Assembly: GCF_009914755.1 (NCBI RefSeq)
Contig: NC_060929.1
Length of the DNA: 64,000 bases
Source: the human T2T-CHM13v2.0 reference genome, Homo sapiens
Reading direction: 5' to 3' (one strand)
How positions within the stretch are numbered: the first letter of the stretch is position 1; every line of letters begins with the position of its first letter. Of this stretch, positions 52,340 through 64,000 are shown one piece after another. The position numbers and the translations under genes are program-made. Below the pieces are notes generated by a model. It did not search any database and was not told where the DNA came from. It saw nothing but the letters and a program-made list of their open reading frames with translations.

Positions 52340-53850
52340 GTCAAATTCAATCTCTAAACTATCTTACATGTACTTAGTTATGATAAAGTGTCTAGTGAAG
52401 CAAGTGCCTTTGGGGAAAAAGTGGCTACTGCCCCTGACCATTGTGTCAGTAATGATGACTACAAAGGACACTATCCTGGGGTGGATTCTTCTGGGTATTT
52501 TAGAGAAAGCAAATGGCAAGCTTAGATATTAAAATTCTCAGCTCTAGTAATAGAGAACAAGAGAACTGTCTCTCTCTCCCCACAAACACACACACACATA
52601 CACATGCACACATGCACACACACACACACACAGAATTGTGACTGGGGGTTAACTCAGAGGTGGGCTGCAGGGATGTGGTGCCAGGCATAATCGTTTCCGC
52701 TAAATAATACATTCCTAAAATAATCTCTTATTTCTTTTAGCCACAGAATCAATCTTGCTGAGGACAAAATTTAAGTGACTTCGCAGCCTTGCCATGTCTC
52801 TGTTATGAGAGTTAGGACATTGATTGAGAAGAATGGGATCTCTAGTAGGCTTAGATGAAGCTGAGAATCTTAAGTCCCCAAGTTTCTGTGAGCTTTCCTT
52901 GTTGGTGGAAGCAGGCTACCCTTCTGTAGACTAGCCTTTCTCAACTTTGAAGACTTTATAGTAATCTTACCTGGGGGAGTTTCCTTATAAGAGAATATCT
53001 GTTGTCCTTAAGATCCACTTCAATCTCCCCTTGTTTTCTCCCTAGATCAATAACTAGGGAGACAAGTATAAAGTTTGACATGGGAGGCAATAGCTAATCC
53101 TGCAGAAGAGTTGCAGAAACACAGTTGAAGACATAAAAGATGCAAGGTGCTAATACTTATCTCATCCCTGTTGAACTTGTCTTTTTGGCCTTTGCAGAAG
53201 GCAGAAGAATCTTGGAGAATGACCATGGGTGATGGTCACTCATACTTGACTTCCATTTTACCTGCTCTTGCAGGTATGGTATGCATACTGGAGCAAATTA
53301 ATACAGCTCCTGGCACCTGGTATGCAGATATTGACCTGGAAAATGTTTTTTTTCTCTTTACCAATTTGCAAGTATCACCAGAAACCATTTGCTTTTAACT
53401 GGCAGGAACAACAGTACACTTTCATAGCCTTTTCTCAGGATTACACTTCTGAGAAGTGTAATCAGAAGCAGAGTCCTGCTTCTGTCATAATGTAGTTCAC
53501 AAAAGCCTTCGTCATTTTGACATGCCATACAACATTATGATTTTGATGACTATGTTAATTAGACCTGATGAGAAGGAAGGAGAAAGTACTCATGATACCT
53601 AAATGAGACAATTGTGAAGCCATGAGAATTGAGGGGTCTGTCTCCTCAGTGAAGTCTTCTCAGGGAAGTCTCCTCAGTGAAGTTTCTGTTCAGTTCACAC
53701 ACCCTCCTGCAAGGTGAAAGGGTTGCTGTACATTTCAGCGTCTACCAAGAAGAGGAGGCATAACACTTGGTAGGCCTTTTTGGATTTTGGAGGAAACATA
53801 TTTGAAAACGCTATTTCCACCTTTTTCCTTGTAAACTTTCAGTTTGCAAT
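52340..53850 (+). mobile_element. ERVL (HERV16/ERVL-type) internal remnant: gag followed by a pol reverse transcriptase fragment
   Basis: gag-like LEK.N.KLR..NSQL and SQP..VS...VR.LI..EWD; RT-like WPLQKAEESWRMT...LEQINTAPGTWYADIDLENVFF, HQKPFAFNWQEQQYTF, GAT GAC at 53545-53550, LVGLFGFWR.HI. Confidence 0.88.
52566..52702 (-). repeat. Inverted repeat arm 1 (copy of 53997-54129)
   Basis: Reverse complement aligns by eye with about 6 substitutions plus a small microsatellite length difference. Confidence 0.95.
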
Positions 53851-53994
53851 GAGTAACAGAGCAAGAATAGGGGAATCATTTGGCTGTATAAGGCTGTGGG
53901 AGAGCATTGCTTGGTGAACTGAATTTCAGCTGATTCCTGTTCTAGATCTCCTTGCTTCCCTTTACACATTCTGGTCACTGAGTTTGGAGCCTAT

Positions 53995-55060
53995 TGTAGT
54001 GGAAAGGATTATGCCTGGCCCTACATCCCTGCAGCCCACCTCTGAGTTAACCCCCAGTCACCATTCTGTGTGTATGTGTGCATGTGTGCATGTGTATGTG
54101 TGTGTGTGTTTGTGGGGAGAGAGAGACAGAAAGAGAAAAAGACAGGGTCTTGCTGTCTTGCTCAGGCTGGAGTGCAATGGTGCAATCATAGTTCACTGCA
54201 GCCTCGAACTCCTGGGCTCAGACAATCCTCCTGCCTTAGCCTCCAGAGTAGCTGTGACTACAGGTCACAAGACCCAGCTAATTTTCATACTTTTTGTAGA
54301 GATGAGGTCATTTCTCTCCATATTGACAGTTTCTTATCTGAAGTACCTGCCTCTCTCTGCTTCGAGTCTGCTTGGAGGCTTTCTCCTATGCTGTGAGAGC
54401 TTTTCTCAGTGTGCAGGGCAGCTTGGAGGTCTTGGGGACTTTTTTTTTTTTTTTTTGAGACAGAATCTCACTCTGTCACCTAGGCTGCAGTGCAGTGGCA
54501 TGATCTCGGCTCACTGTAACCTCCACCCTTCAGGTTCAAGTGATTATCGTGTCTCAGCCTCCCAAATAGCTGGGATTACATTTATGCACCACCATGCCCA
54601 GCTAATTTTTGTATTTTTAGTAGAGACCGGGGTTTTGCCATGTTGGCCAGACTAGTCTTGAACTCCTGGCCTGCCTTGGCCTCCCAAAGTTCTGGGATTA
54701 CAGGCATGTAATGTGATCTGCCCACCTCGACCTCCCAAAGTTCTGGGAGGCGTGTAATGCCTCCAGGGGCAACAATCAGCCTGCGAGAGATGGAAGTCAT
54801 TGCATAAATCTTCTGGCTCCCTGGTATTGCTGTGAGATGACTCTGAGATGCGTTCTGTATCCTCCAGTGGACTTGAGCTCTCTAGTTGCCCACAGCAGTA
54901 ATCCTCGTATTAACATGGACTCTTGGCTTTTTCTTTCTTTCTTTCCCATTTCACTTTGCCCATTCCCTCACTATGCTTTTTGGAGATCACCTGCCAAATA
55001 AACTACATGTATAGAAGTCTTTGTCTCTGAGTCTGCTTTGGGAAACCGTAAACTCTGGCA
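53995..55060 (+). mobile_element. LTR16-like ERVL LTR interrupted by a TG repeat and two antisense Alus (~54140-54310, ~54440-54750)
   Basis: TGTAGTGGA start; 3' end ccaaataaactac...tgtctctgagtctgctttgggaaacc.taaact. Confidence 0.7.
53997..54129 (+). repeat. Inverted repeat arm 2
   Basis: See arm 1; ORFs 52500-52712(-) and 53984-54655(+) share [17 protein letters not shown]. Confidence 0.95.
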
Positions 55061-56037
55061 TCTGTCAAGAGCTCCGTGTATAGACTGAGGCTTCCTCAGC
55101 TCTGCTTCGTGGGTCAACATCCTTTCCACTGCTTTCTAGCTTGATGAATTCTTCTGTACATAAACTGATGACCTCTCTCCTATGCTCTTTGTTTTCGTTA
55201 GCTTATTCCTTATATGCTCCTTTCTGTCGTTTTATTGGCATATAAAGAGGGTGAGGAACCATATAGCTGTGCTTATTTGGCCTTCAGTCAAAGCCTACCT
55301 TATCTCTTTAACCTAAGTTCCTATTCCTTCATCTTCTGTCCACAAGCTAACCATCATGGGACCCTCAAATCTATTTCCCTTTTTCAAGCCTTTGCATATG
55401 CTCTCCTCCTACCTGGGATTTCATTCTCCTTATCATGGCCAACAAACTTTCTGGCTTTTCCTCAAAATTCTGGTCAAAGGGTAACTCTTGTATTAAATTT
55501 TTCCTATTTTTCTCTCTCTCTTCAAACAGTTAATATTGATGAATTCCACATCTATGTCCTTTAGTTGCCTGCATGTTCTGCAAGAACAATGTCTCTACCT
55601 CTTTGTTTCCCACTGTATTCCCAGTCACTGGCACAGTGCCTGGCCTGGCTCAAATATTTGTTAAATGAGCAAATAAATCCATTCCTTAAGGGTAAGAAAG
55701 CCAATTTAGGTGGACATGTCAGCACCTGGAACTTAGCTGGTATGCAGATTGACCTCTGTGGGGTCATTGTAGGAGAGCTATCTATTTCCAACCACTCTTT
55801 AGGGGAAGTGCTTACAAGATGGACATTTGGAGTAGTCAGTGAGAGACTGAGACTGAGATGACAGCAGATGTGGTGGTAGAAATATGAGCAAGAAGTCAGG
55901 TTACTGTGCTCTGCCCCAGGTTTTGTCTATCGTCACCTTGGAATTGTTGCTAGGAGTGAGATGATTCTGTGATATCTCAATTTCCAATCATTTATTTACC
56001 AGAGGCCATCTGGTGTGCATGTTAAGAGGTGTAGTAA

Positions 56038-56334
56038 GGCTGGGTGTGGTGTCTCATGCCTGTAATCCCAGCACTTTGGGAGGCCAAGGTGAGAGGATTG
56101 CTTGAGCCCAGGAGTTCAAGATCACCCTGGGTAGCATAGCAAGATCCTGGTCTCTACAAAACAATAAAAAATTAGCTGGGTGTGGTGGTGCACGCCTGTA
56201 GTCCCAGCTACTTGGGAGGCTAAGGTGGGAGAATCACTTGAGCCCAGGAGGTCAAGGCTGCAGAGAGCCAAGAATACACCATTGCACTCCAGCCTGGGTG
56301 ACAGAGCAAAATCTTGTTTCTTAAAAAAAAAAAA
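56038..56334 (+). mobile_element. AluJ-like, inside a MIR
   Basis: Full sense Alu. Confidence 0.93.
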
Positions 56335-57359
56335 GAGGAGCCAGAGTGAATCTTGGGTTTGAATCCTCACCTCTGTCACTTGCTAGTTTTGTAATTTTGT
56401 GGCAAGTTACTCAAACTCTCTTTGTCCCAGTCTCCTTATCTGTTGTGAGGATCAGGTGAATACATATTACATATTATTATATTACATATTTGTTATGTAT
56501 TACTTATTTTATATATGTATCATATACAATCATTTTTAACCCATGTAGGGCACATACTGAACCCTGTGTAATTTTGGCTATTGTTAATATAGTAATTGCT
56601 AGGTGAATCATGCAAGATTTTAGGAGAACAGGTGGCTTGCCTGAAGCCACCAAGGGAGTCTGGGCTGCGTCTTGGGTGGTAATCTGTATATTCTGGGATT
56701 CAAGGACCATTGAAAAAATCTTAGCTGCCAGAGGATGCAACAACTGGCTGCACCTCACTGAGCAAGAGGACTTGTCACAGAGTCAGACCTATGCCTGGAT
56801 CCAAGTAACAGGATGAGATGATTCAGAAAGTCTGTCTGATTTCCGTCACTGGAGTTCTGCTGTGTATTTGGCATCAACAAGTCAGTGTTCCCTGAAGGGC
56901 TCGTTCAAGTCCAAGTCATTGTGTTTTTGTTACTATGGACACATGGATGCAAAAGGAACTGAGCCTTAAAAAAAGATCCCTTGATATTGAAAATGTCAGC
57001 ATGTTTCCTTTGGTTATTGATATTTGAAACTATTAAAAAGTAAATCCAAAACTATTTCTTCACCAGTGAAAACATTAAATGAAAATAAAGGTGATTAGTG
57101 TCAAAGTTGTAGGACCCAAGCGTTTCTGGTTAGGTCGTGGGCTTATGATGAAGATGCTTGGATTTCACATAGCTCAATTCTCTCTTTGGACCTCTCTGGA
57201 CTATTTGTCTATGTCCATTTTCTTTAGGAGTTTTCTCAGGTGGGTTTTGTTGCCCCCATATTTTGAGTTGAAGGGTGGGACCAAGGAATTAGACTAGAGT
57301 CAAATTGTTAGAGGATATTTCTATTCCTGGAATAGCAGCAGGTAAAAATACTGGAGAAT

Positions 57360-57890
57360 TCTGGCAGCATCTCTCAATGACCCTTTCTTTAAATATTAGT
57401 TATTGCTTTGATTCATGTGTTCATTGTGTTATGCTATATTTTTGTTTTAATTGTTCAGTGGTTGCTCTAAGGTTTACAATGCACATCTTATCATATTCTC
57501 CTGCAAATAATATTACACTACTCCTTAATACTTTAAGAACCTTACAATAGTTTGCTTCCCTTCTATGCCATCTTTTGTGCTATTATTGTCGTATATGTTA
57601 CATGTGTTATAAATCCCAAAACTCATTGTTATGATTATTTGCTTTAAATGATCTTATAAAGAAGTATACTTATTTTATAAAATAACAACAAAAAAGTATT
57701 TTATATTTACCCCCAAAGCTTCCATCTGATGCTCTTCATTCCTTTGTTTAGATCTGAGTTTCCATCTGGAATAATTTTTCTTCAGCCAAAAGAACTTCCT
57801 TTAACAGTTTTGTTTTTTGGTGATGTGGATCTGCTAGCAGCAAGTTCTCTCCACTTTCATTTTCCTGAAAATGTCACCTTCTTTTTTAGG
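57360..57890 (-). mobile_element. Old L1M internal fragment
   Basis: agtggttgctctaaggtttacaat...tttttcttcagccaaaagaacttcctttaaca, L1MC/MD-like. Confidence 0.65.
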
Positions 57891-58136
57891 TGGGGGCAAT
57901 AATAGTTGGTTCAATATGTGTATCAATAGAATAAAATATATTTATATGTTATATATAATGTTTGTATATACATTTTATATTTATATATTTGCAACTGTTT
58001 ATAATATTTCAGAAGTATATTTAAAGGCATTTACTGTACATCAAGTGGAAAACAGTAGTTTATGGAGCTGGATATATAGTATAACGCTATTTCTTCTACA
58101 GAAGTTATATATGTATATTTAATGACAGAAAAGCCT

Positions 58137-58520
58137 GGCCAAGTGCAGTGGCTCATGCCTATAATCCTAGCATTTTGGGAGATTGAGGCAGGAGGATCAC
58201 TTGAGCCCAGAAGTTTGAAACCAGCCTGGGCAACATGGTGAAACCTTGTCTCTACAAAAATACAAAAAAATAGCTGAGTGTGGTGGCGTGCACCTGTGGT
58301 TCCAGCTACGTGGGGGGTGGTGGTGGGGGGGTGGGACTGAGGTAGGAGGATTGCTTGGGCCCAGAAGGTTGAGGCTGAAGTGAACTATGGTGGTGCCACT
58401 GGGCTCCAGCCTGGGTGACAGAGCAAGACCCTGTTTCAAAACAACAACAACAACAACAACAACAACAGAACAAACAAGCAACCGAACAAACAAAAAAACC
58501 AAGAAGGAAAGAAAGAAAAA
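58137..58520 (+). mobile_element. AluJ-like with a G-rich insertion and (CAA)n tail
   Basis: Read directly. Confidence 0.92.
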
Positions 58521-58859
58521 GCTTGACACTATATACATGGGCATGTAAGCAGTGGCATATCAATGAAGTATCAATGAAGTACTTCTTTTTGCTTATTGGA
58601 ATTTTCTGAAATTTCTGAAATGAATCTGTATCATTATTGTAATAAGAAGGCATAATTTGTTTGTTACAGGCTATTTGGTTTTTTTCTTCCAATCCTTTCA
58701 CAGTATTAAAATGCATAGCTTAACAAAATTTGCTTAACAGTAAATGTTGAGGATCGCTTGAACCCAGGAGTTGCAGGCTGCAGTGAGCCAAGATTGCACT
58801 CCAGCCTGGGGAACAGAGTGAGACTCTGTGTCAAAAAAAAAAAATTTTTTTTTAGTATG

Positions 58860-61800
58860 GATTACATCATGGAGGACGGGAGGCAGGACTAGATTGCAGC
58901 TCGAACTTGGAGGGACAGAGCAGCATGTGGAGGCTTGCATTGTGAATTTTAGCTCCAGAACAACTGCAGGAATAAATCAGGAAACCTGAGAGGACCCACA
59001 GACCCACTGAAGGAAGCAGATTGCTCCTACAGGACCTGGGAGACACCCCAAATACAGTGAGTGCCCAAGCTGTGTAAGTGGGAAAGGGAGATCATCTGCC
59101 CCCAAACACACACCCTCACTGGGGAAACTGAAGGTCTAGTTTATGGGAGAAGATTTCGACCTCACAAAGAGCTGAGGAAATTTAGAGAGCTGAGCAAAAT
59201 ACAGGGATGGAGGAAGCAGTGGGAAAGGCCCTGTGAGCTCACTAGTCCCCAAGCAGGCCATTCCTGCCTGGCATCACAGGGATCCCTTGGGAGGGTGGTC
59301 AGAGGCATAGGGGAAATGCCACAAGGAGAAGGAAGTCTCCAGCTGAACTTTGTAACAATTTGAACTGGTCAAGAAGCCTCCTGGCCAGATCTCAGGGGAG
59401 GGCATGAATCCGGAGTGCAGACTCCACAGGCGGGGGAAGAACTGAAACCTACTTTCTTTCCCAGCTGGGAGGTGGGTAGCCTGGGGCAAGTTCTCAGCCC
59501 TGCTTGCCCACTGCCTGGAAATAAGCTCAGTGCTGTTAGAGAGGGCATGGTGGGAGTGAGACCAGCCCTTTGGATGGCATGGGAGCTGGGTGAGGCCTGT
59601 GACTGCCGGCTTTCTCCCACTTCCCTGACAACCTGCGTGACTCAGCAGAGGCATCCATAATCCTCCTAGGTATATAACTACATTGACCTGGGAACCTCAC
59701 CCCAATCCCCCACAATAGTCACAGCAAGACCTGCCCAAGGAGAGTCTGAGCTCAGATATGCCTAGCCCTGCCTACACCTGGTGGCCCTTCACTATCCACC
59801 CTGGTGTCTGAACACAAAGGTCATGTACTCTTGGGAGTTCTAGGGCCCCACCCACCACCGGTTCCTCCCCATACTACCACAGCTGATGCTCTCTGCAAAG
59901 CACCACCTCTCCTCAGGAGGCCAACCAGCACAAAAATAGAACATTACACCACCAAAGCTAAGAACTCTCACAGAGTCCATTTCACCCCACTGCCACCTTC
60001 ACTGTAACAGGTGCTGGTATCCACAGCTGAGAGACCCATAGTAGGTTCACATCACAGGACTCTGTGCACACAACCCCCAGTACCAGCCTGGAGCCTGGTA
60101 GACTTGCTGGGTGGCTAGATCCAGAAGAAAGATAACAATCACTACAACTTGGCTCTCAGGAAGCCACATGGATAGGAAAAGGGAGAGAGTACCACATCAC
60201 GCGAACATCCACGGGACAAAAGAATCTGAATTACAGGCTTCATCCCTAGACCTTCCCTCTGACAGAGCCTACCCAAATGAGAAGGAACCAGAAAACCAAC
60301 TCTGGTAATATGACAAAACAAGGCTCTTTAATACTCCCCCAAAATCACACTAGCTCACCAGCAATGGATCCAAACCAAGAAGAAATTCCTGATTTCCCTG
60401 AAAAAGAATTCAGGGGTTAGTTATTAAGCTAATCATGGAGGCACCAGAGAAAGACGAAGCCCAATGCAAGGAAATCCAAAAAGTGATATAAGAAGTGAAG
60501 GGAGAAATATTCAGGGAAATAGACAGCATAAAGAAAAAAACAACAAAAACTTCAGGAAACATTGGAGACACTTATAGCAATGCAAAATACTCTGGAAAGT
60601 CTCAGCAATAGAATTGAACAATTAGAAGAAAGAAATCCAGAGCTTGAAGACAAGGTCTTCGAATTAACCCAATCCAACAAAGACAAAAAAGAAAGAATAA
60701 GAAAATATGAATACAGCCTTCAAGAAGTCTGGGATGTTAAATGACCAAACCTAAGAATAATTGGTGTTCCTGAGGAAGAAGAGAAATCTAAAAGTTTGGA
60801 AAACATATTTAGGGGAATAATTGAGGAAAACTTCCCCAGCCTTGCTAGAGACCTAGACATCCAAATACAAGAAGCACAAAGAACACACGGGAAATTCACT
60901 GCAAAAAGATCATTGCCTAGGCACATTGTCATCAGGTTATCCAAAGTTAAGATGAAGGAAAGAATCTTAAGAGCTGTGAGAAAAAAGCACAAGGTAACCT
61001 ATAAAGGAAAACCTATCAGATTAACAGCAGATTTCTTAGCAGAAATCCTACAAGCCAGAAGGGATTGGGGCCCTATCTTCAGGCTCCTCAAGCAAAACAA
61101 TTACCAGCAAAAAATTTTGTATCCAGCAAAACTAAGCATCTTATACGAGGGAAAGATACAGTCTTTTTCAGACAAATGCTGAGAGAATTCTCTACTACCA
61201 AGCCACCACTACAAGAACTGCTAAAAGAGCTCTAAATCTTGAAAGAAATCCTGGAAACACATCAAAACAGAACCTATTTAAAGCATAAATCTCACAGGAC
61301 CTATAAAACAAAACTATGATTTGAAAAACAAAAACAAAAAACCAAGATACACAGGCAACAAATAACATGATGAATGGAATGGTGTCTCACATTTCAACAC
61401 TAACTTTGAATGCGAATGGCCTAACTGCTCCACTTAAAAGATGCAGAACTGCAGAATGGATAAGAATTCACCAACCAACTATCTGCTGCTTTCAAGAGAC
61501 TCACCTAACACATAAGGACTCACATAAACTTGAGGTAAAGGGGTGGAAAAAGGCATTTCATGCAATGGACACTGAAAGCGAGCAGGAGTAGCTATTCTTA
61601 TATCAGACAAAACAAACTTTAAAGCAACAGCATTTAAAAAAGTCAAAGAGGGTCACTATATAATATTTCCAACAGCAAAATATCACAATCCTAAACATAT
61701 ATGCACCTAACACTGGAGCTCCCAAATTTATAAAACAATTACTAATAGACCTAAGAAATGAGATAGACAGCAACACGATAATAGTGGGGGACTTCAATAC

Positions 61801-64000
61801 TCCACTGACAGCACTAGACAGGCCATCAAGACAGAAAGTCAACAAAGAAACAATGAATTTAAACTATACCTTTGAGCAAATGGACTTAACAGATATATAC
61901 AGAACATTCCATCCAACAACCACAGAGTACACATTCTATTCAACAGTGCATGGAACTTTCTCCAAAATAGACCATATGATAGGCCATAAAATGAGCCTCA
62001 ATAAATTTAAGAAATTGAAATGATATCAAGCACTCTCTCAGACTATAATGGAATAAAACTGGAAATCAACTCCAAAAGGAACCTTCAAAACCATGCAAAT
62101 ACATGGAAATTAAATAACTTGCTCTTGAATGATCACTGGGTCAAAACCGAAATCAAGATGGAAATTAAAAAATTGTTTGAACTGAATGACAATAGTGACA
62201 CAGCCTATCCAAACCTCTGGGATACAGCAAAGGCGGTTCTAAGAGGAAAGTTCATAACCTTAAATGCCTACATCAAAAAGACTGAAGGAACACAAAGTGA
62301 CAATTGGAGGTTATATCTCAAGGAACTAGAGAATCAAGAACAAACCAAACCCAAACCCAGCAGAAGAAAGGAAATAACCAAGATCGGAGCAGAACTAAAT
62401 GAAATTGAAACAAGAAACAATACAAAGGATAAATGAAACAAAAACCTGGTTCTTTGAAAAGATAAATAAAATTATAGACCGTTAGCAAGATTAACCAAGA
62501 AAAGAAGAGAGAAAATCCAAAAAACCTCAAAAAGAAACAAAACGGGAGATATTACAACTGACACCACAGAAATACAAAAGATAATTCAAGGCTCCTATGA
62601 ACACCTTTACACACATAAACTAGAAAACGTAGAAGAGATGTATACATTCCTGGAAATACACAACCCTCCTAGCTTAAATAGGAAGAATTAGATACCCTGA
62701 ATGACCAATAACAAGCAGCGAGACTGAAATGATAATTTAAAAACTACCAACAAAAAAAGTCTGGGACCAGAAGGATTCACAGCAGAATTCTACCAGATAT
62801 TCAAAGAATTGGTACCAATCCTATTGACACCATTCCACAAGACAGAGAAAGAGGGAACCCTCCCTAAATCATTCTATGAAGTCAGCATCACTCTAATACC
62901 AAAACAAGGAAAGAACATAGCCAAAAAAGAAAACTACAGATTGAATCCCTGATGAACATAGATTCTAAAGTCCTTAACAAAATGCTAGCTAACTGAATCC
63001 TACAACATATCAAAAAGATAATCCATCATGATCAAGTGGGTTTCACACCAGGGATGCAGGGGATGGTTTAACATACACAAGTCAATAAATGTGATACACT
63101 ATATAAACAGAATTAAAAATCACATGATCATCTCAATAGATGCAGAAAAAGCATTCAACAAAATCCAGCATCCGTTTATGATTGAAACTCTCAGCAAAAT
63201 TGGCATACAAGGGACATACCTCAATGTAATAAAAGCCATCCATGACAAACCCACAACCAACATAATACTGAATGGGGAGAAGTTGAAAGCATTCCCTCTG
63301 AGAACTGGAACAAGACAAGGATGCCCATTCTCACTGCATCTCTTCAACATAGTACTGGAAGTCCTAGCCAGAGCAATCAGACAAGAGAAAGAAGCAAGGG
63401 ACATCCAAATTGGTAAAAAGGAAGTCAAACTGTCACTGTTTGCTGATGATATGATCATTTACCTCAAAAACCCTAAAGACTCCTCCAGAAAGCTCCTAGA
63501 ACTGAAAGAAGAATTCAGCAAAGTTTCCAGATACAAAACTAATGTACACAGTTCAGTAGCTCTGCTATACACCAACAGTAACCAAGCAGAGAATCACATG
63601 AGGAAGTCAACCCCTTTTAGAATAGCTGCAAAAAATAAATCAATAAAATAGGAATATACCTAACCAAGGAGGTTGAAGACCTCCACAGGGAAAACTACAA
63701 AACACTGCTGAAAGAAATCACAGAAAAAAACAAACAAATGGAAACATATCCCACGTCATGGATGGGTAAAATCAATATTGTCAAAATGAGCACACTGCCA
63801 AAAGCATCTACAACTTCATTGCAATTCCCATCAAAATACCATCATTCTTCACAGAATTAGAAAAAAACAATTCTAAAATTCGTATGGAACAAAAAGAGAG
63901 TCCACATAGCCAAAGCAAGATTAAGCAAAAAGAACAAATCTGAAGGCATCACATTACCGATTTCGAATTATAGTATAAGGCCATAGTCACCAAAACAGCA
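58860..64000 (+). mobile_element. L1PB-type LINE-1 with 5'UTR, degraded ORF1 (~60277-61235) and ORF2 (~61367 to window end); inactive
   Basis: 5' end atggaggacgggaggcaggactagattgcagctc; ORF1 ENIFRGIIEENFPSLARDLDIQIQEAQR; endonuclease TLNANGL, QETHL, GDFNTPL, SKIDH; [10 protein letters not shown]...[11 protein letters not shown]; many stops and frameshifts. Confidence 0.95.

Noticed and set aside
53984-54655. 223-aa ORF
   Set aside because: Patchwork of LTR, TG repeat and two Alus
60277-64000. Possible active L1 ORF1/ORF2
   Set aside because: Both ORFs are broken by many stops and frameshifts

Overview
Primate, almost certainly human, genomic DNA. Bases 1-~34,020 hold the 3' two-thirds of MCCC2 (3-methylcrotonyl-CoA carboxylase beta/carboxyltransferase subunit) on the + strand. 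Eleven coding exons (7-17 in the usual numbering) splice in frame to ...[14 protein letters not shown]...[14 protein letters not shown]...TDFGIFRM*, followed by a ~1.85 kb 3'UTR. The remaining 30 kb is intergenic repeat sequence: a split CR1/L3 fossil, MER5 and MaLR/ERVL LTRs, a 5'-truncated L1MA, a deleted ERVL provirus and a long L1PB running off the end. About 40 Alus are spread across the window. I found no credible new gene or new biological system. The most notable observations are a 64-nt cryptic exon in intron 10 that is frame-compatible with exon 11, an exon 12 with a GAG acceptor and a GC donor, a very young AluYb8-type insertion lacking the 7-bp Yb duplication, a recent ~135-bp inverted templated copy inserted into the ERVL gag remnant, an orphan TSD-flanked retro-insertion, a tailless Alu with an intact TSD, and three candidate poly(A) sites. 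Repeat subfamily calls come from remembered consensus sequences, and repeat boundaries are approximate.
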